From Chiloscyllium plagiosum (lineage: Eukaryota): a stretch of DNA of 64,000 nt. The notes under the pieces are model-generated. The model worked only from the letters and a program-made list of their open reading frames with translations. It did not search any database and was not told the DNA's origin. Position numbers and translations under genes: made by a program. Of the stretch, positions 27,833 to 39,734 are shown in pieces (positions within the stretch are counted from its first letter, which is position 1; every line of letters begins with the position of its first letter). The stretch lies in assembly GCF_004010195.1 (NCBI RefSeq), contig NC_057718.1:48605859-48669858 (forward strand). Direction: 5' to 3'.

Positions 27833-28400
27833 GTAACAAATGGCTGTTAAATGGATATCTGAGTTTTGGTTGATGTTTTGACAGCAATTCAAATTTAACT
27901 AATTAGTTTAAATTATGCCCAGGATACTAAGACCCAATTGAGTTTGAATTTATTGTATTGACAACTTAGGACCAATGAGAGAGAATGATATTGGTTGTAT
28001 AAAACGAGGGAGTTTTGAAAATTGGTCAGAGCAACTGTCTGTTGAACCAGAGAGAAACTGCCATCTGAAGAAATAACCATCTTGCTCTCGAAGAAAGTTT
28101 AGAAGGAGCTATTTATCAAAAGGTACCTTTTCCTATAAAAGCAGTACAAAGCAAGAAGATGACCCAAGGAGAAGATAGCAGAATTGGAAGATCGGAAGGA
28201 AGACAACATAAGAAACTGTGTGTACTTTGAGAAATTAATTAATGTAATGTTTATTAATTGTGTTATTGGAGCAGCAATTTTATAGAGTTGGGGTCAGATA
28301 GTAATTAGTTAAGAAAAAAGGAGGCTTGGATTTGTTAATAGTTTTTGTTTAGTGTACATTGTTAGAGTTGGGAAAATAAATTGCTGGTTTTCTTTAAAGT
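27833..28400 (+). mobile_element. Probable LTR fragment
   Basis: Starts TGTAAC, TATAAAA at ~27998, AATAAA at ~28375; right end lost at the Penelope junction. Confidence 0.45.
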
Positions 28401-28728
28401 TCTCTTACAGTTCTTTTATAAAGTTAAAAATCACACAACTCTAGGTTATAGTCCAACAGGTTTAATTGGAAGCACTAGCTTTCGGAGCGCTGCTCCTTCT
28501 TTAGGTGGTTGTGGAGTATAAGATTGTAAGACATAGAATTTATAGCAAAGGTTTACAGTGTGATGTAACTGAAATTATATATTGAAAAAGACCTGGATTG
28601 TTTGTTAAGTCTCTCATCTTTTAGAATGACCACGTTGGTTTCAGTTCTTTCAGTAAATTGCAAAACCTTTTTAAAAGGTTACATTCTGAAGTGATCTTTA
28701 ACAATTGGTGTCTGTCAGCCCAGATCAT

Positions 28729-28958
28729 TAGATTAGATTACTTACAGTGTGGAAACAGGCCCTTCGGCCCAACAAGTCCACACCNNNNNNNNNNNNNNNN
28801 NNNNNNNNNNNNNNNNNNNNNNNNNNNNNNNNNNNNNNNNNNNNNNNNNNNNNNNNNACGTGCAAACTCCACACAGTCAGTCGCCTGAGGCGGGAATTGA
28901 ACCCGGGTCTCTGGCGCTGTGAGGCAGCAATGCTAACCACTGTGCCACCGTGCCGCCC
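28729..28958 (-). mobile_element. HE1-type tRNA-derived SINE containing the assembly gap
   Basis: Head gggcggcacggtggcacagtggttagcattgctgcctcacagcgccagagacccgggttcaattccc; CR1-like tail (tctaa)n; 5-bp TSD atcat at 28724 and 28959. Confidence 0.9.
28785..28857. other. Assembly gap (73 N)
   Basis: Run of n. Confidence 1.
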
Positions 28959-29589
28959 ATCATGTATTGAAGGTGTGAGTTCCCCTGTGTGTGATACTGC
29001 CTGTGCCACAATGTTTAGACTGATTCTAATCTAAAAAAATGCATTTACAGAATCTTACATGGATTCATACAGTTTTTGAGGGAAGTAAAATGCAATTCTG
29101 CAAGTACAAATTCACCCCACAAAGTTATATTTGTATGTTGTGCATGTGGGTGGGTGTGTGTGTGTGTGCATGGGGTGGGAGGTGGGGGTTGTGAGTGTCT
29201 GTGAGAGAGTGGGTGCATGTGTGAGTATAAATGGGGAAAAAGTCTGTGTGTGTGTGTGTGTGTGTAGGAATGTCTGTCAGTGTGTATCGTGCAGTGGGGT
29301 CACCTGTAGTGTGACATGAACCCAAGGTCCCGGTTGAGGCCATCTTTTATAGTTCTCTATCACTCACTCACACCAACAATGCCCACATCTCACTAGTGAA
29401 TAAAAATCAAACTTGTCTTGCACCTTTAATGACATACATTCTATTTTTAGTTCCTCTATGGCCTTTAGAATTTTCTCCTTTATTTTATATAGCAGATTAC
29501 AAGGCGAGGTGAGCATTTCTGGGTGTTTGGTTTTAATTACCAGAGGGGTTCAACCTCCACGTTGGAACAATTGGAACAGTTCTCTCTAT

Positions 29590-29880
29590 CTTCCCTGTCC
29601 AGACCGCTCATAATTTTAAACACTCCTCTTAACCTTCTCTTTTTTTGAATGGAGAACAACCTCAGCTTCTGCAATCTATTTATTTAACTGAAGTCCCTCA
29701 TTCTTGGAACCATTCTTGTAAATCTTTTCTGTATATTTCTAAAACCTCACATCCTTCCTAAAATGTGGTGCCCAGAGTTGGCCACAATACTGCAGTTGAG
29801 GCTGAACCAACATTATATGAAGATTCACCATAACCTCCATGCTGTTAATCCCTATACCTATATTTATAAAGCTCATATAA
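29590..29880 (-). mobile_element. Degenerate CR1 RT C-terminal fragment
   Basis: IGINSMEVMVNLHIMLVQPQLQYCGQLWAPHFRKDV. Confidence 0.8.
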
Positions 29881-31539
29881 AGCCATGATCCTGCATGCCA
29901 AGTCTCTGGAAGTGACCACAGCAAACACAGCCCTCTCAACCCTGCAAAATCCATCTTGCTAACATCTCAGGGCTAGTGCTAAGCTTAATTCCCTCCCTAA
30001 CATCATTGTGGATCTACCTGCAGCAAATGTACTGCAATAGTTTAAGAAGGCAGCTCATCATTACCTTCTCAAGGGCAACTAGGAACAGACAATAAATGCT
30101 GACCTCGCCAACAATGCCCACATCTCACTAGTGAATTAAAGAAAAGCTATCCTGGCACATTTAATGACATACATCCTATTTTTAATTTTTCTATGGCCTT
30201 TACAATGTTGTCCTTTATTTTATATTGTCTCTCCAATACTCTGATAAAAATGTGCCACTTCACACTTCTCCACATTAAATTTAATTTCTTTTTGAATATT
30301 TCATCTTACCAATACACTCTTGAGGTCTATCATCATCCTCCAAAATGGAGAAAACAGGCAGGTTTTGGAGCCATTCCAGATGTATTCACCTAGATTGTGC
30401 AGGAAAACAGCACCAATGCATCTGTATCTGTGTGGCTGACTCTTGCAACACTTCGGGATACAGATCATTAGGTTCAGGGATTTATCAACTTTCAGTCTCA
30501 TTAATGTCTTTAGTTATTTTTTACAAAGACTGATTTCTTTCAATTCCTCATTCTTGCTAGTCCCTTAGTTCTCCACTATTCACAGGAAGTTTTTTTTTCT
30601 ATCTTCCTCTGTGAAGATGGGCATAGAATATTTATTTCTCTGCCAATTGCTATTCTCCATCATATATTCCTTCATCTCTGCCTTTAATGGGCCTGCATTT
30701 GTCTTTATTATTCCTTTCCCTTTTACAAACCACAAATGCATTTTAGTGTCTTTTCCAAATTTACTTTCATATTCTATTTTCTCTTTCTTTATCAGCTTTG
30801 CGGTGCTAAATTCGGTTTTTTGATCCCCTTTTGTTGAAGATAATAAATTTATGTGAAATTAGCATTCCATGCTGACTGGCTTCACTTCCAAAACCTGCAG
30901 GGTATCTCCAGGCTATTGGCCTCCACAACATGAAAATCAACACGAGCTGCGATTGAATTTGTCACGATCATGGCCATATCAAAGGTTGCTTTGGAGCCAA
31001 CCTTTCAGCCTTAAATGGTTGAGATTGTGGATGGATATTGGTTTGATAAAATTGAACAAATGATAACATGAACCATAAATAATTGACTAGCTCAGCTATG
31101 CCATTTTTCCACAGCTGAAGCTGACAGTATTTCATAACCGGCCAATAAAAAGCAGAAGTAAAGAGGAAAATTATAAAATTTCCATCCAAGAGTTTCAAAG
31201 AAAAGCCTTTTTCTAGAAACACAAAAGTCTAATATAAATCTAAAAGCCACCAATTCTTTCACAAGAAGATACTGATGAGTTTGGAACCAATCATGTTTAC
31301 TTGAAGGTAACGTTGACATTAAGTATGATTTTCACTGTGGATGATGGATATGTTGGAGTTCAACACCACCATTTATGAAGTTGATTGACAGAAGAGATTA
31401 TTGTAATACTACCAGCAGCATTTTCAAGTTTATTCTGTCATAAAGTTGTTCTTACATTCTCTTCAAATGCATGGCTCACATAGATTGTGATTTTATGAAA
31501 CATAGGCTATTCTAAATGTTTTTTTTTTGTTTATTAAGC

Positions 31540-32255
31540 TGTAAGAATGAAGTCTCTTGGGTTTTGTAAAAATAAAATATATTTTGAAAATAAAAACAAA
31601 AAATTTGTCTATAGACCAGCCCTCCTCAGAATATTTTGAGAAGGTAGCCTAGACCCTACCTTTTTCTTAATTTAAATGTAGATGTGAAGTGTGTGTTCCA
31701 GATGCCACGTGACTGGTCAAACTACTTGACGTTAAGCAAAACACAATTTATTTTAACACTATAATTAAAATACAAACAAAAGAACGAGGAATTTAAAATA
31801 ATTTAGCTATTGAAAAACTTAACCGAATAATAGATACAGTGCTTATTACTATTTAACTGTTCCAATATAGTCTCATCCCATAAACACACCCTTTGGTAAA
31901 AAGGCAAATTCAGACACAGATTCTTAAATGCAGTTCTCTAATCCAGGAGGAAAAATCATCAAGAGAAGGTTCAGGGAGAATAGCAATTAGGGATCATTCA
32001 CTGAAGCTTCCAACTCTTTTGAGACCACAATGGTTTCTGATGCTACTGAAAAAATAAAACCCAGACATCTGCATCTGTGTGAGCTGGCCACACCCATTCA
32101 GGCTATTTCCATTGTTCCAACTTAAAAAGACCTCAAGGCCACAGAAGTTGTTTACTTAAGTCATCTTCAGTAGCCAGTTCAGTACCTCTGTCTTACAACC
32201 TCTTTTAAAAAGAAAAAAGGAGAAAATAACCTTTTAAAGTGACAGCATTGTCACA
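31540..32255 (-). mobile_element. Probable solo LTR
   Basis: TGTAAG...TGTCACA termini, minus-strand AATAAA at ~31748; no TSD seen. Confidence 0.45.
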
Positions 32256-32839
32256 ATATGGACAAAGAATCTGATAAAATATCTGCGAGAAATCATGTAA
32301 CTACCCTTGCAGATTTCAGCTGGTTTTGGGATGAGATGGTACTTATTTCAGGAAAAAATCAGAAGAAACCTTTTGATATTCAGTACCCATTTCCAAAGGT
32401 GAACAGAAACTCCCTAACAATTGCTCTCCGGGATGTGTGAATAGCCCTTCCTGACAATGAGAGCCATCTACGCTTATGACTGAGACAGTTAAAGTCAGTT
32501 ACCTCAACTAAAACATGTTAGATAAGATCTAAGTCCAAAGCCTAGGAAATCCAACAGCTAATATGAAAACATGATTCATCAGTTTTGAAATAACAGCCAT
32601 TTTTAGATTTTGATCTGTATCTACATAGGAAAGGCTATAAGCAATCATGTCATATAGAAACACCCCCAGGATAAACTTTGAGAGTCATGAACAGAGAGAG
32701 TTCTCAACGAGGAGGTGGAGGAAGACAAATCAGCTGAAGAGCCTTTGTACTGATTTTTAAAATTTCCCTTACTCATTCATCAGATGTGGACTTTGCTGAC
32801 TGGACTAGCATCTGTTGTCTATTCCTTGTTGCCCTTGAG

Positions 32840-33728
32840 AACATAGAACATAGAACATAGAACATAGAACAATACAGCACAGAACAGGCCCTTCGGCCCA
32901 CGATGTTGTGCCGAACTTCTAACCTAGATTAAGTACCCATCCATGTACCTATCCAAATGCTGCTTAAAGGTCGCCAATGATTCCGACTCTACCACTCCCA
33001 CGGGCAGCGCATTCCATGCCCCCACCACTCTCTGGGTAAAGAACCCACCCCTGACATCTCCCCTATACCTTCCACCCTTCACCTTAAATTTATGTCCCCT
33101 TGTAACACTCTGTTGTACCCAGGGAAAAAGTTTCTGACTGTCTACTCGATCTATTCCTCTGATCATCTTATAAACCTCGATCAAGTCACCCCTCATCCTT
33201 CGCCGTTCCAACAAGAAAAGGCCGAGAACTCTCAACCTATCCTCGTACCACTTCCTCTCCATTCCAGGCAACATCCTGGTAAATCATCTCTGCACCCTCT
33301 CCAAAGCTTCCACATCTTTCCAAAAGTGAGGCGACCAGAACTGCACACAGTACACCAAATGTGGCCTAACCAAAGTCCTGTACAGCTGCAACATCACTTC
33401 ACGACTCTTGAATTCAATCCCTCTGCTAATGAACGATAATACACCATAGGCCTTCTTACAAACTCTATCCACCTGAGTGGCAACCTTCAAAGATCTATGT
33501 ACATAGACCCCAAGATCCCTCTGTTCCTCCACCTGACTAAGAACCCTACCATTAACCCTGAATTCCGCATTCTTATTTGTTCTTCCAAAATGGACAACCT
33601 CACACTTGGCAGGATTGAACTCCATCTGCCACTCCTCAGCCCAACTTTGCATCATATCTAAGTCCCTCTGCAGCCAACAACAGCCCTCCTCACTGTCCAC
33701 AACTCCACCTATCTTCGTATCATCTGAC
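32840..33728 (-). mobile_element. Young 5'-truncated CR1 LINE
   Basis: ORFs 33284-33730 and 32924-33274 (DDTKIGGVVDSEEG..LVRPHLVYCVQFWSP..FFTQRVVGAWNALP); (TTCTATG)n tail at 32840-32870. Confidence 0.95.
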
Positions 33729-33822
33729 AAGACAAGAAGATCTCAAGGGGTCTTGCCACAGAGATATCAGAACGCATAGTAAACAGTATACAGTGAGGCA
33801 GCCTCAAAGACTAGAAAATAAC

Positions 33823-34329
33823 TGTTGGGGATGGGTTGAAATTATGCAGTGGGTGACTCATTCGTAGTCGTCCAATTTAGGGAAAATAAATTGTGCCATA
33901 CAAACCTTGAGTTATTGACTGTTTATTCGTGAGCTCACGGGAAGATTCAAGTCGACCTAATGGTCACAAGTCACTCCGATGAGATGCAGAGAGTTGCATG
34001 ATTATATAGGTTACAATCTTTAACAATTAGCAAACTGTTAATTGCAATATAATGAGTAGGCTAGGCACTTTGCCCAGTCACTAGCTTCAGTCACGTAGTA
34101 TCTGGACAGTCTTGATTAGTAGCTGATAAGCAAGAGTTAGTATATAATAGGTTCCCAGGCTGGAAAATAATTTATTTATCAGGCAATAGTACAGCTGCAA
34201 GGCAAACCACCTCACTGAGCCTGGGAAACTACGAGCTTAACAATCAGACACTAATATGAAATTCAAAATGATTTCCAGGCTTTTAATATGTGACAAAAAA
34301 GCTGCTTTAGATCTAACAAATCTCCCACA
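33823..34329 (-). mobile_element. Probable solo LTR (507 bp)
   Basis: Imperfect inverted termini TGTTGGGGAT...ATCTCCCACA; minus-strand TATATAA at ~34005 upstream of AATAAA at ~33925; CpG-richer than flanks; no clean TSD. Confidence 0.5.
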
Positions 34330-34340
34330 AAATTTAACAT

Positions 34341-34453
34341 ACTTTTTTAATCAACCTGTTCAGAGATGTTGCCGCACACCTCTGGAATAAGTGGGATTTG
34401 AACCTTGATCTCCTGCGTAGGAGCACTACCACTGTGCCACAAGATGGCCCTTT
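34341..34453 (-). mobile_element. Short tRNA-headed SINE-like element, copy 1
   Basis: AAAGGGCCATCTTGTGGCACAGTGGTAGTGCTCCTAC..GGTTCAAATCCCACTTATTCCAGAGGTGTGCGGCAACATCTCTGAACAGGTTGATTAAAAAA; A and B boxes; homologous to 50264 and 53133. Confidence 0.8.
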
Positions 34454-34464
34454 AGGCAGCTTGC

Positions 34465-34537
34465 TGTTTCTGCCCAGTTTTGAATTGCAGACCTTTCATG
34501 TGTCAGGTGAAAATACTAACCATTACACTACAGAATC
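34465..34537 (-). pseudogene. tRNA-Val pseudogene
   Basis: 73 nt, ungapped, ~55/73 identical by eye to vertebrate tRNA-Val(CAC) as recalled; many changes at CpG; anticodon now GAC; no CCA. Confidence 0.85.
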
Positions 34538-35269
34538 CATCACCTTTCATTTATTTTACCTCAGGGTAATTGATAATGTATATTATGATTGGATTAAGAT
34601 GCAAGCTAAACTATAAACTTATCTTTAAAATCAAAACAATGTTTCAGAAGTATATATTTTTTCATCAGAATTAAAAAATTTGACATTGCACAGATATTAA
34701 AAGGCCACTGAAGGGTGATTGGTAAATATTATTAACCCATTCGACAAGAGTTTTTACAAGATTAGGCATGGACTTAGAGATTGCAATCTAAATCTGCAGA
34801 CTCTCATAGATTGTAGAATCACTAGCAGCAACTTTTAGATTTTCTTGTTCTCCTGTGCATGTGCAAATTTGCTGACAGTTTCATTGTCATTATCACTGCA
34901 AAATTCTGAATGATTTTTATAGGGTAACTAAGAATAAATTATTTTTACTGTCAGAAGGATCAGTAATGGAGGGGAGTAATTTAAGGTAATTGGCAAAAGA
35001 ACTGAGATGAGAGGATGGGTCTTCTTATTATGAATTATATGAATTATTATGATCTGGAATGCATTGCCTGAAGAGGTGGAGAAATAGATTAAAAAGAATT
35101 GGAGAAATATTTGAAGGAAAGAATAGTATGGTCACAATGTTGAAGGGCAGAGAGGAGATGTTAAGGTGGAGTTAAGGTTAAGGTGGATAAATGTGTCAAA
35201 TGGGTTGGCACGGAACTGATAGGCCAAATGGCATTTTATGGTGTAAGCGTGTGTACTTTCTAACTTGAT

Positions 35270-35855
35270 AGAAGCTTGAGAGCAACTGTTTGAAGATAAA
35301 TCCACATTTGATATGTGGGAGGCTTTTAAAGAAAAGTTGATTAGAGTGCAGGATATATAGGTAGCTGTGAAAATGAGGGATAAAAATGGCAAGATTAGGG
35401 AACCATGGATGACAGGTGAAATGATGAGACTAGATAAGAGGAAAAAGAAAGCATATGCAGGGTCTAGGCGACTGAAAACAGACGAAGCTTTGGAAGAATA
35501 TTGAGAAAGTAGGACCAATCTGAGGAATTTAGAGGGCTAAAAGAGTTCATGAAATAGCTTTAGCAAATAGGTTTAAGGAAAATCCCAAAGCTTTTTATTG
35601 TATGTAAGGAGCAAGAGGGTAACTAGAGAAAGGGTTAGCCCACTAAAGGACAAAGGAGGGAAGTTATGTGTGGAGTCAGAGAAAGTGGGTGAGATTCTCA
35701 ATTAGTACTTTGTGTCAGTATTGACCGAGGAGAGGGACATGACGAATGTTGAGGCTAGGGATAGCTATTTAATTGCTGTAGGTCAAGTTGGCATAGGGAG
35801 GGAGGAAGTGTTGGGTATTCTAAAAGGCATCAAGGAGGACAAGTACCCAGATCTA
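35270..35855 (+). mobile_element. CR1 ORF2 internal fragment (EN-RT linker)
   Basis: Decayed WEAFKEKLIRVQ..REPWMT..KENPKAFY..PLKDKGGKLCVES..; cut by the Penelope cluster. Confidence 0.8.
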
Positions 35856-35857
35856 TT

Positions 35858-36945
35858 AGGAGGAAGTGAGGATTGCAGATGCTTAGAGGTCAGAGTCGAG
35901 AATGTGGTGCTGGAAAAGGACAGCATGTCAGGCAGCATCCAAGGAGAGGAGAATCGATGTTTCAGGCATAAGCCCTTCATCCTGATGAAGGGTTTATGCC
36001 TGAAACGTCAATTTTCCTACTTCATTCCTGATGAAGGACTTATGCCCGAAACATCGTTTCTCCTGCTCATTCTTGAGGAAGGGCTTATGCCCGAAACATT
36101 GATTCTTCTGCCTGACCTGCTATTCTTTTCCAGACCACAATCTTGACTTTGATCTCCAACATCTACAGTCCTCACTTTCTCCTAGTTGATTTTAACCCTA
36201 CTGCGAAGCGTCTTCCAACGATGCTTACCTTGAAGACATTCTCCTCCTCTCTCTACAAGGATTCCAGTGAGTTTCTCCCTCACTGCACCCCCCAGGTCAT
36301 TTCCTCTGCACTGAAGCTCTTCAGCCACATCCTGAAGCACACTCGCTACCACAGCCACATTCCCTTCCTCAGTGACTGCCTACGGAACTGAAATCATTCC
36401 TGATGAAGGGTTTATGTCCGCAATATTGATTTTCCTGCTCCTCAGATGCTACCTGACCTGCTGTGCTTTTCCAGCACCATACTCTTGACTCTGATCTCCA
36501 GCATCTGCAGCCCTCACTTTCTCTGAGTTGATTTTAACCCTACTGTGAATCCTCTTCCAAGGATGCCTACCTTGAAGAAGTTATCCTCCTCTCTCTATGA
36601 GGATCTCAGTGAGTCTCTCTCTCTCTCTCTCACTCTCACTGCACCCTCCTCCCCCCACCCCCCCCAGGTCATCTCCTCTGCCCTGAAGCTCTTTAGCCAC
36701 GTCCTGAAGCAAGCTCACTACCACAGCCACATTCCCTTCCTCAGTGACTGCCTACGGAACTGAAATCATTCCTGATGAAGGGTTTATGTCCGCAATATTG
36801 ATTTTCCTGCTCCTCAGATGCTACCTGACCTGCTGTGCTTTTCCAGCACCATACTCTTGACTCTGATCTCCAGCATCTGCAGCCCTCACTTTCTCTGAGT
36901 TGATTTTAACCCTACTGTGAATCCTCTTCCAAGGATGCCTACCTT
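35858..36945 (+). mobile_element. Penelope pLTR cluster: inverted pLTR, tandem hammerhead-like cores, tandem pLTR plus ORF-start units
   Basis: Inverted arm 35858-35980; CTGATGA..GAAAC cores at 35982 and 36028, mutated cores at 36073, 36400 and 36772; peptide SSSLYKD..QVISSALKLFSH.LK..YHSHIPFLSDCLRN occurs twice. Confidence 0.8.
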
Positions 36946-37045
36946 GGCCTCTCGAAAATCCTCAGTTCATCCAACTCCAGTTCCAGTTCCCTAACTCGTT
37001 CGGTGAGGATCAGGATCTGACTGCATTTCCTGCAGAAGGTGTTGG
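36946..37045 (-). mobile_element. CR1 ORF1 fragment (Cys motif plus leucine zipper)
   Basis: FCRKCSQILILTERVRELELELDELRI. Confidence 0.7.
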
Positions 37046-37104
37046 TGAACTGCTTTCTTAAACTACTGCAGTCCAGCGACACTGAAGAAACAGTGGTATA
37101 ATTA

Positions 37105-37665
37105 CAAGTCATAATGATGACTGATTTGGAGGTGCATTTGTAGGTGGCAGTGTTCCCACGTATCTGCTGCACCTGTCCTTCTAGATGTTAATAGTTGTGG
37201 CAATGGATCATTGAGCAATGGTGGCTGAGGGAGTGAATATCTGTGGATGCAGTGCCAGTCAACTGTGCTGCATTGACTTGGATGGTGTTAACCTTCTTGA
37301 CTGGTGTTGGAACTGCATGCATCCAAGCAAGTTGGGAGTATTCCAAAATACTTCTGGTACTCCACAACCTCCTGTTGAGGGAGCAGCACTCTGAAAGCTA
37401 GTGCTTCCAAATAAACCTGTTGAGTATAACCTGGTGTTGTGTGGTTTTTAACTTTGTACTCCTGACACATGCCTTGTAGAGAGTGGACAGGCTTTATGGA
37501 GTCTGTAGGCAAGTTATCCACTGCAGGAATGCTTGCCTCTGACCTGCTGTTATAACCACTGTATTTATATGGCTAATCCAGTTGAGTTTCTCGTCAATGG
37601 TAACCCCCAGGATGTTGATAATGGGGGATTCAATGATGATAATGCCATTGAATGTTAAGGACAGT
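37105..37665 (-). mobile_element. Family-B LINE, 3' portion, with a Penelope pLTR insert at ~37365-37458
   Basis: Colinear with the 15240-15590 copy; continues at 39735 on the other side of the CR1 insertion. Confidence 0.7.
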
Positions 37666-37667
37666 TA

Positions 37668-39730
37668 TAGAGTCATAGAGTCATAGAGGTATACAGCATG
37701 GAAACAGACCCTTCGGTCCAAGCCATCCATGCTGACCAGATATCCCACCATGGCAGCACCGGCCCATCTGCATGCCTTTAAATGTAGCAATTGTACCAGC
37801 CTCCACCACTTCCTCTGGCAGCTTATTCAATACACGTACCATTCTCGTTGTGAAAAGGTTGCCTCTTTAGGTCTCTTTTATATCTTTCCCCTCTCACCTT
37901 AAACCTATGCCCTCTAGTTCTGGACACCCCCACCCCAGGGAAAAGATTTTGTCTATTTATCCTATCCATGCCCCTCATGATTTTATAAACCTCTATAAGG
38001 TCACCCCCCAGCCTCCAAAGCTCCAGGGAAAACAGCCCCAGCCTGTTCAGCCTCTCCCTATAGCTCAAATCCTTCAATCCTGGCAACATCCTTGTAAATC
38101 TTTTCTGAACCCTTTCAAGTTTCACAACATCTTTCCGATAGGAAGGAGACCAGAATTGCACGCAATATTCCAACAGTGGCCTAACCAATGTCCTGGAAAG
38201 CTGCAACATGACCTCCCAACTGCTGTACTCAATACTCTGACCAACAAAGGAAAGCATACCAAATGCCTTCTTCACTATCCTATTTACCTGCAATTCTACT
38301 TTCAAGGAGCTATGAACCTGGGCTACAAGGTTTCTTTGTTCAGCAACACTTCCTAGGATTTTACCATAAAGTGTATGCGTCCTGTGATGATTTGCTTTCC
38401 CAAAATGCAGCACCATGCATTTAGCTAAATTAAACTCCATATGCCACTCCTCAGCCCATTGGTCCATCTGATCAAGATCCCCTTGTAATCTGAAGTAACC
38501 TTCTTCGCTGTCCACTACACCTCCAATTTTGACGTCATCTGCAAATTTACTAACTATAACTCTTATGCTCGCATCCAAATCATTTATATAAATGACGAAA
38601 AGTGGTGGACCCAGCACCGATCCTTGTGGCACTCCACTGGTCACAGGCCTCCAGTCTGAAAAACAACCCTCCACCACCACCGTCTGTCTTCTGCCTTTGA
38701 ACAAGTTCTGCATCTAAATGACTAGTTCTCCCTGTATTCCATGAGATCTAACCTTGCTAATCATTCTCCCATGGGGAACCTTGTCGAACGCCTTACTGAA
38801 GTCCATATAGGTCACATCTACTGCTCTGCGCTCATCAATTCTCTTTGTTACTTCTTCAAAAAACTCAATCAAGTTTGTGGGACATGATTTCCTATGCACA
38901 AAGCCATGTTGACTATCCTTAATCGGTCCTTGCCTTTCGAAATACATGTACATCCTGTCCCTCAGGATTCCCTCCAACAACTTGCCCACCACCGAGGTCA
39001 GGATCACCGGTCTAGAGTTCCCTGGCTTTTTGTTACCACCCTTCTTAAATAATGGCACCACATTAGCCGACCTCCAGTCTTCTGGCACCTCACCTGTGAC
39101 TATCGATGATACACATATCTCAGCAAGAGGTCCAGCAATCACTTCCCTAGCTTCCCACAGAGTTCTAGGGTAAACTTGATCAGCTCATGGGGATTTATCT
39201 ACATTTATGCATTTCAAGATATCCAGCACTTTCTCCTCTGTAATATGGACATTTTTCAAAGTGTCGCCATCTAAATCTTCCATGTCCCTTTCCACAGTAA
39301 ACACTGATGCAAAATACTCGTTTATCCCTCATCTTCTGCGGCTCCTCAGAAAGGCCGCCTTGCTGATCTTTGAGGGGATATACTCTCTCCCTGGTTACCC
39401 TTTTGTCGTTCTTTTTTGTAAAAACCCTTTGGATTCTCCTTAACTCTATTTGTCAAAGCTATCGCATGTCCCCCTTTTGCCCTTCTGATTTCCCTCTTAA
39501 GTATACTCCTACTGCCTTTAGACTCTTCTAAGGATTCACTCGATCTATCTTGCCTATACCATACATATGCTTCCTTCTTTTTCTTAACCAAACCCACAAT
39601 TTCTTTCGTCATCCAGCATTCCCTACACCTACCAGCCTTTCCTTTTACCCTAACAAGAATATACTGTCTCTGGACTCTCTTTATCTCATTTCTGAAGGCT
39701 TCCCATTTTCTAGCCGTCCCCTTACCTGCA
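37668..39730 (-). mobile_element. CR1 LINE, ~2 kb, 5'-truncated; RT domain interrupted by one nonsense codon
   Basis: ORFs 38714-39142 and 37823-38713 are in frame across a TAG; motifs VPEDWRSANVVPLFKKG, DFSKAFDKVPH, GVPQGSVLGP, KFADD; (CTATGACT)n tail. Confidence 0.95.
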
Positions 39731-39734
39731 AATA

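Larger units (their letters stand above)
28420..29345 (-). mobile_element. Penelope-like element 3' region (pLTR with hammerhead-like motif, GT-rich spacer)
   Basis: Minus-strand gaaggagcagcgctccgaaagctagtgc near 28470-28500; same pLTR seen at 37365-37458; split by a SINE. Confidence 0.6.

Noticed and set aside
34465..34537. Functional tRNA-Val(GAC)
   Set aside because: About 18 substitutions disrupt the stems and B box; GAC is most simply a decayed AAC/CAC anticodon.
35982..36100. CRISPR-like repeat-spacer array
   Set aside because: Vertebrate DNA, no cas genes; the units are whole tandem pLTR fragments without unique spacers.
37823..39142. Longest ORFs (296 and 142 aa) as a functional RT gene
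   Set aside because: 5'-truncated CR1 with a nonsense codon, no endonuclease domain and a frameshifted C-terminus.
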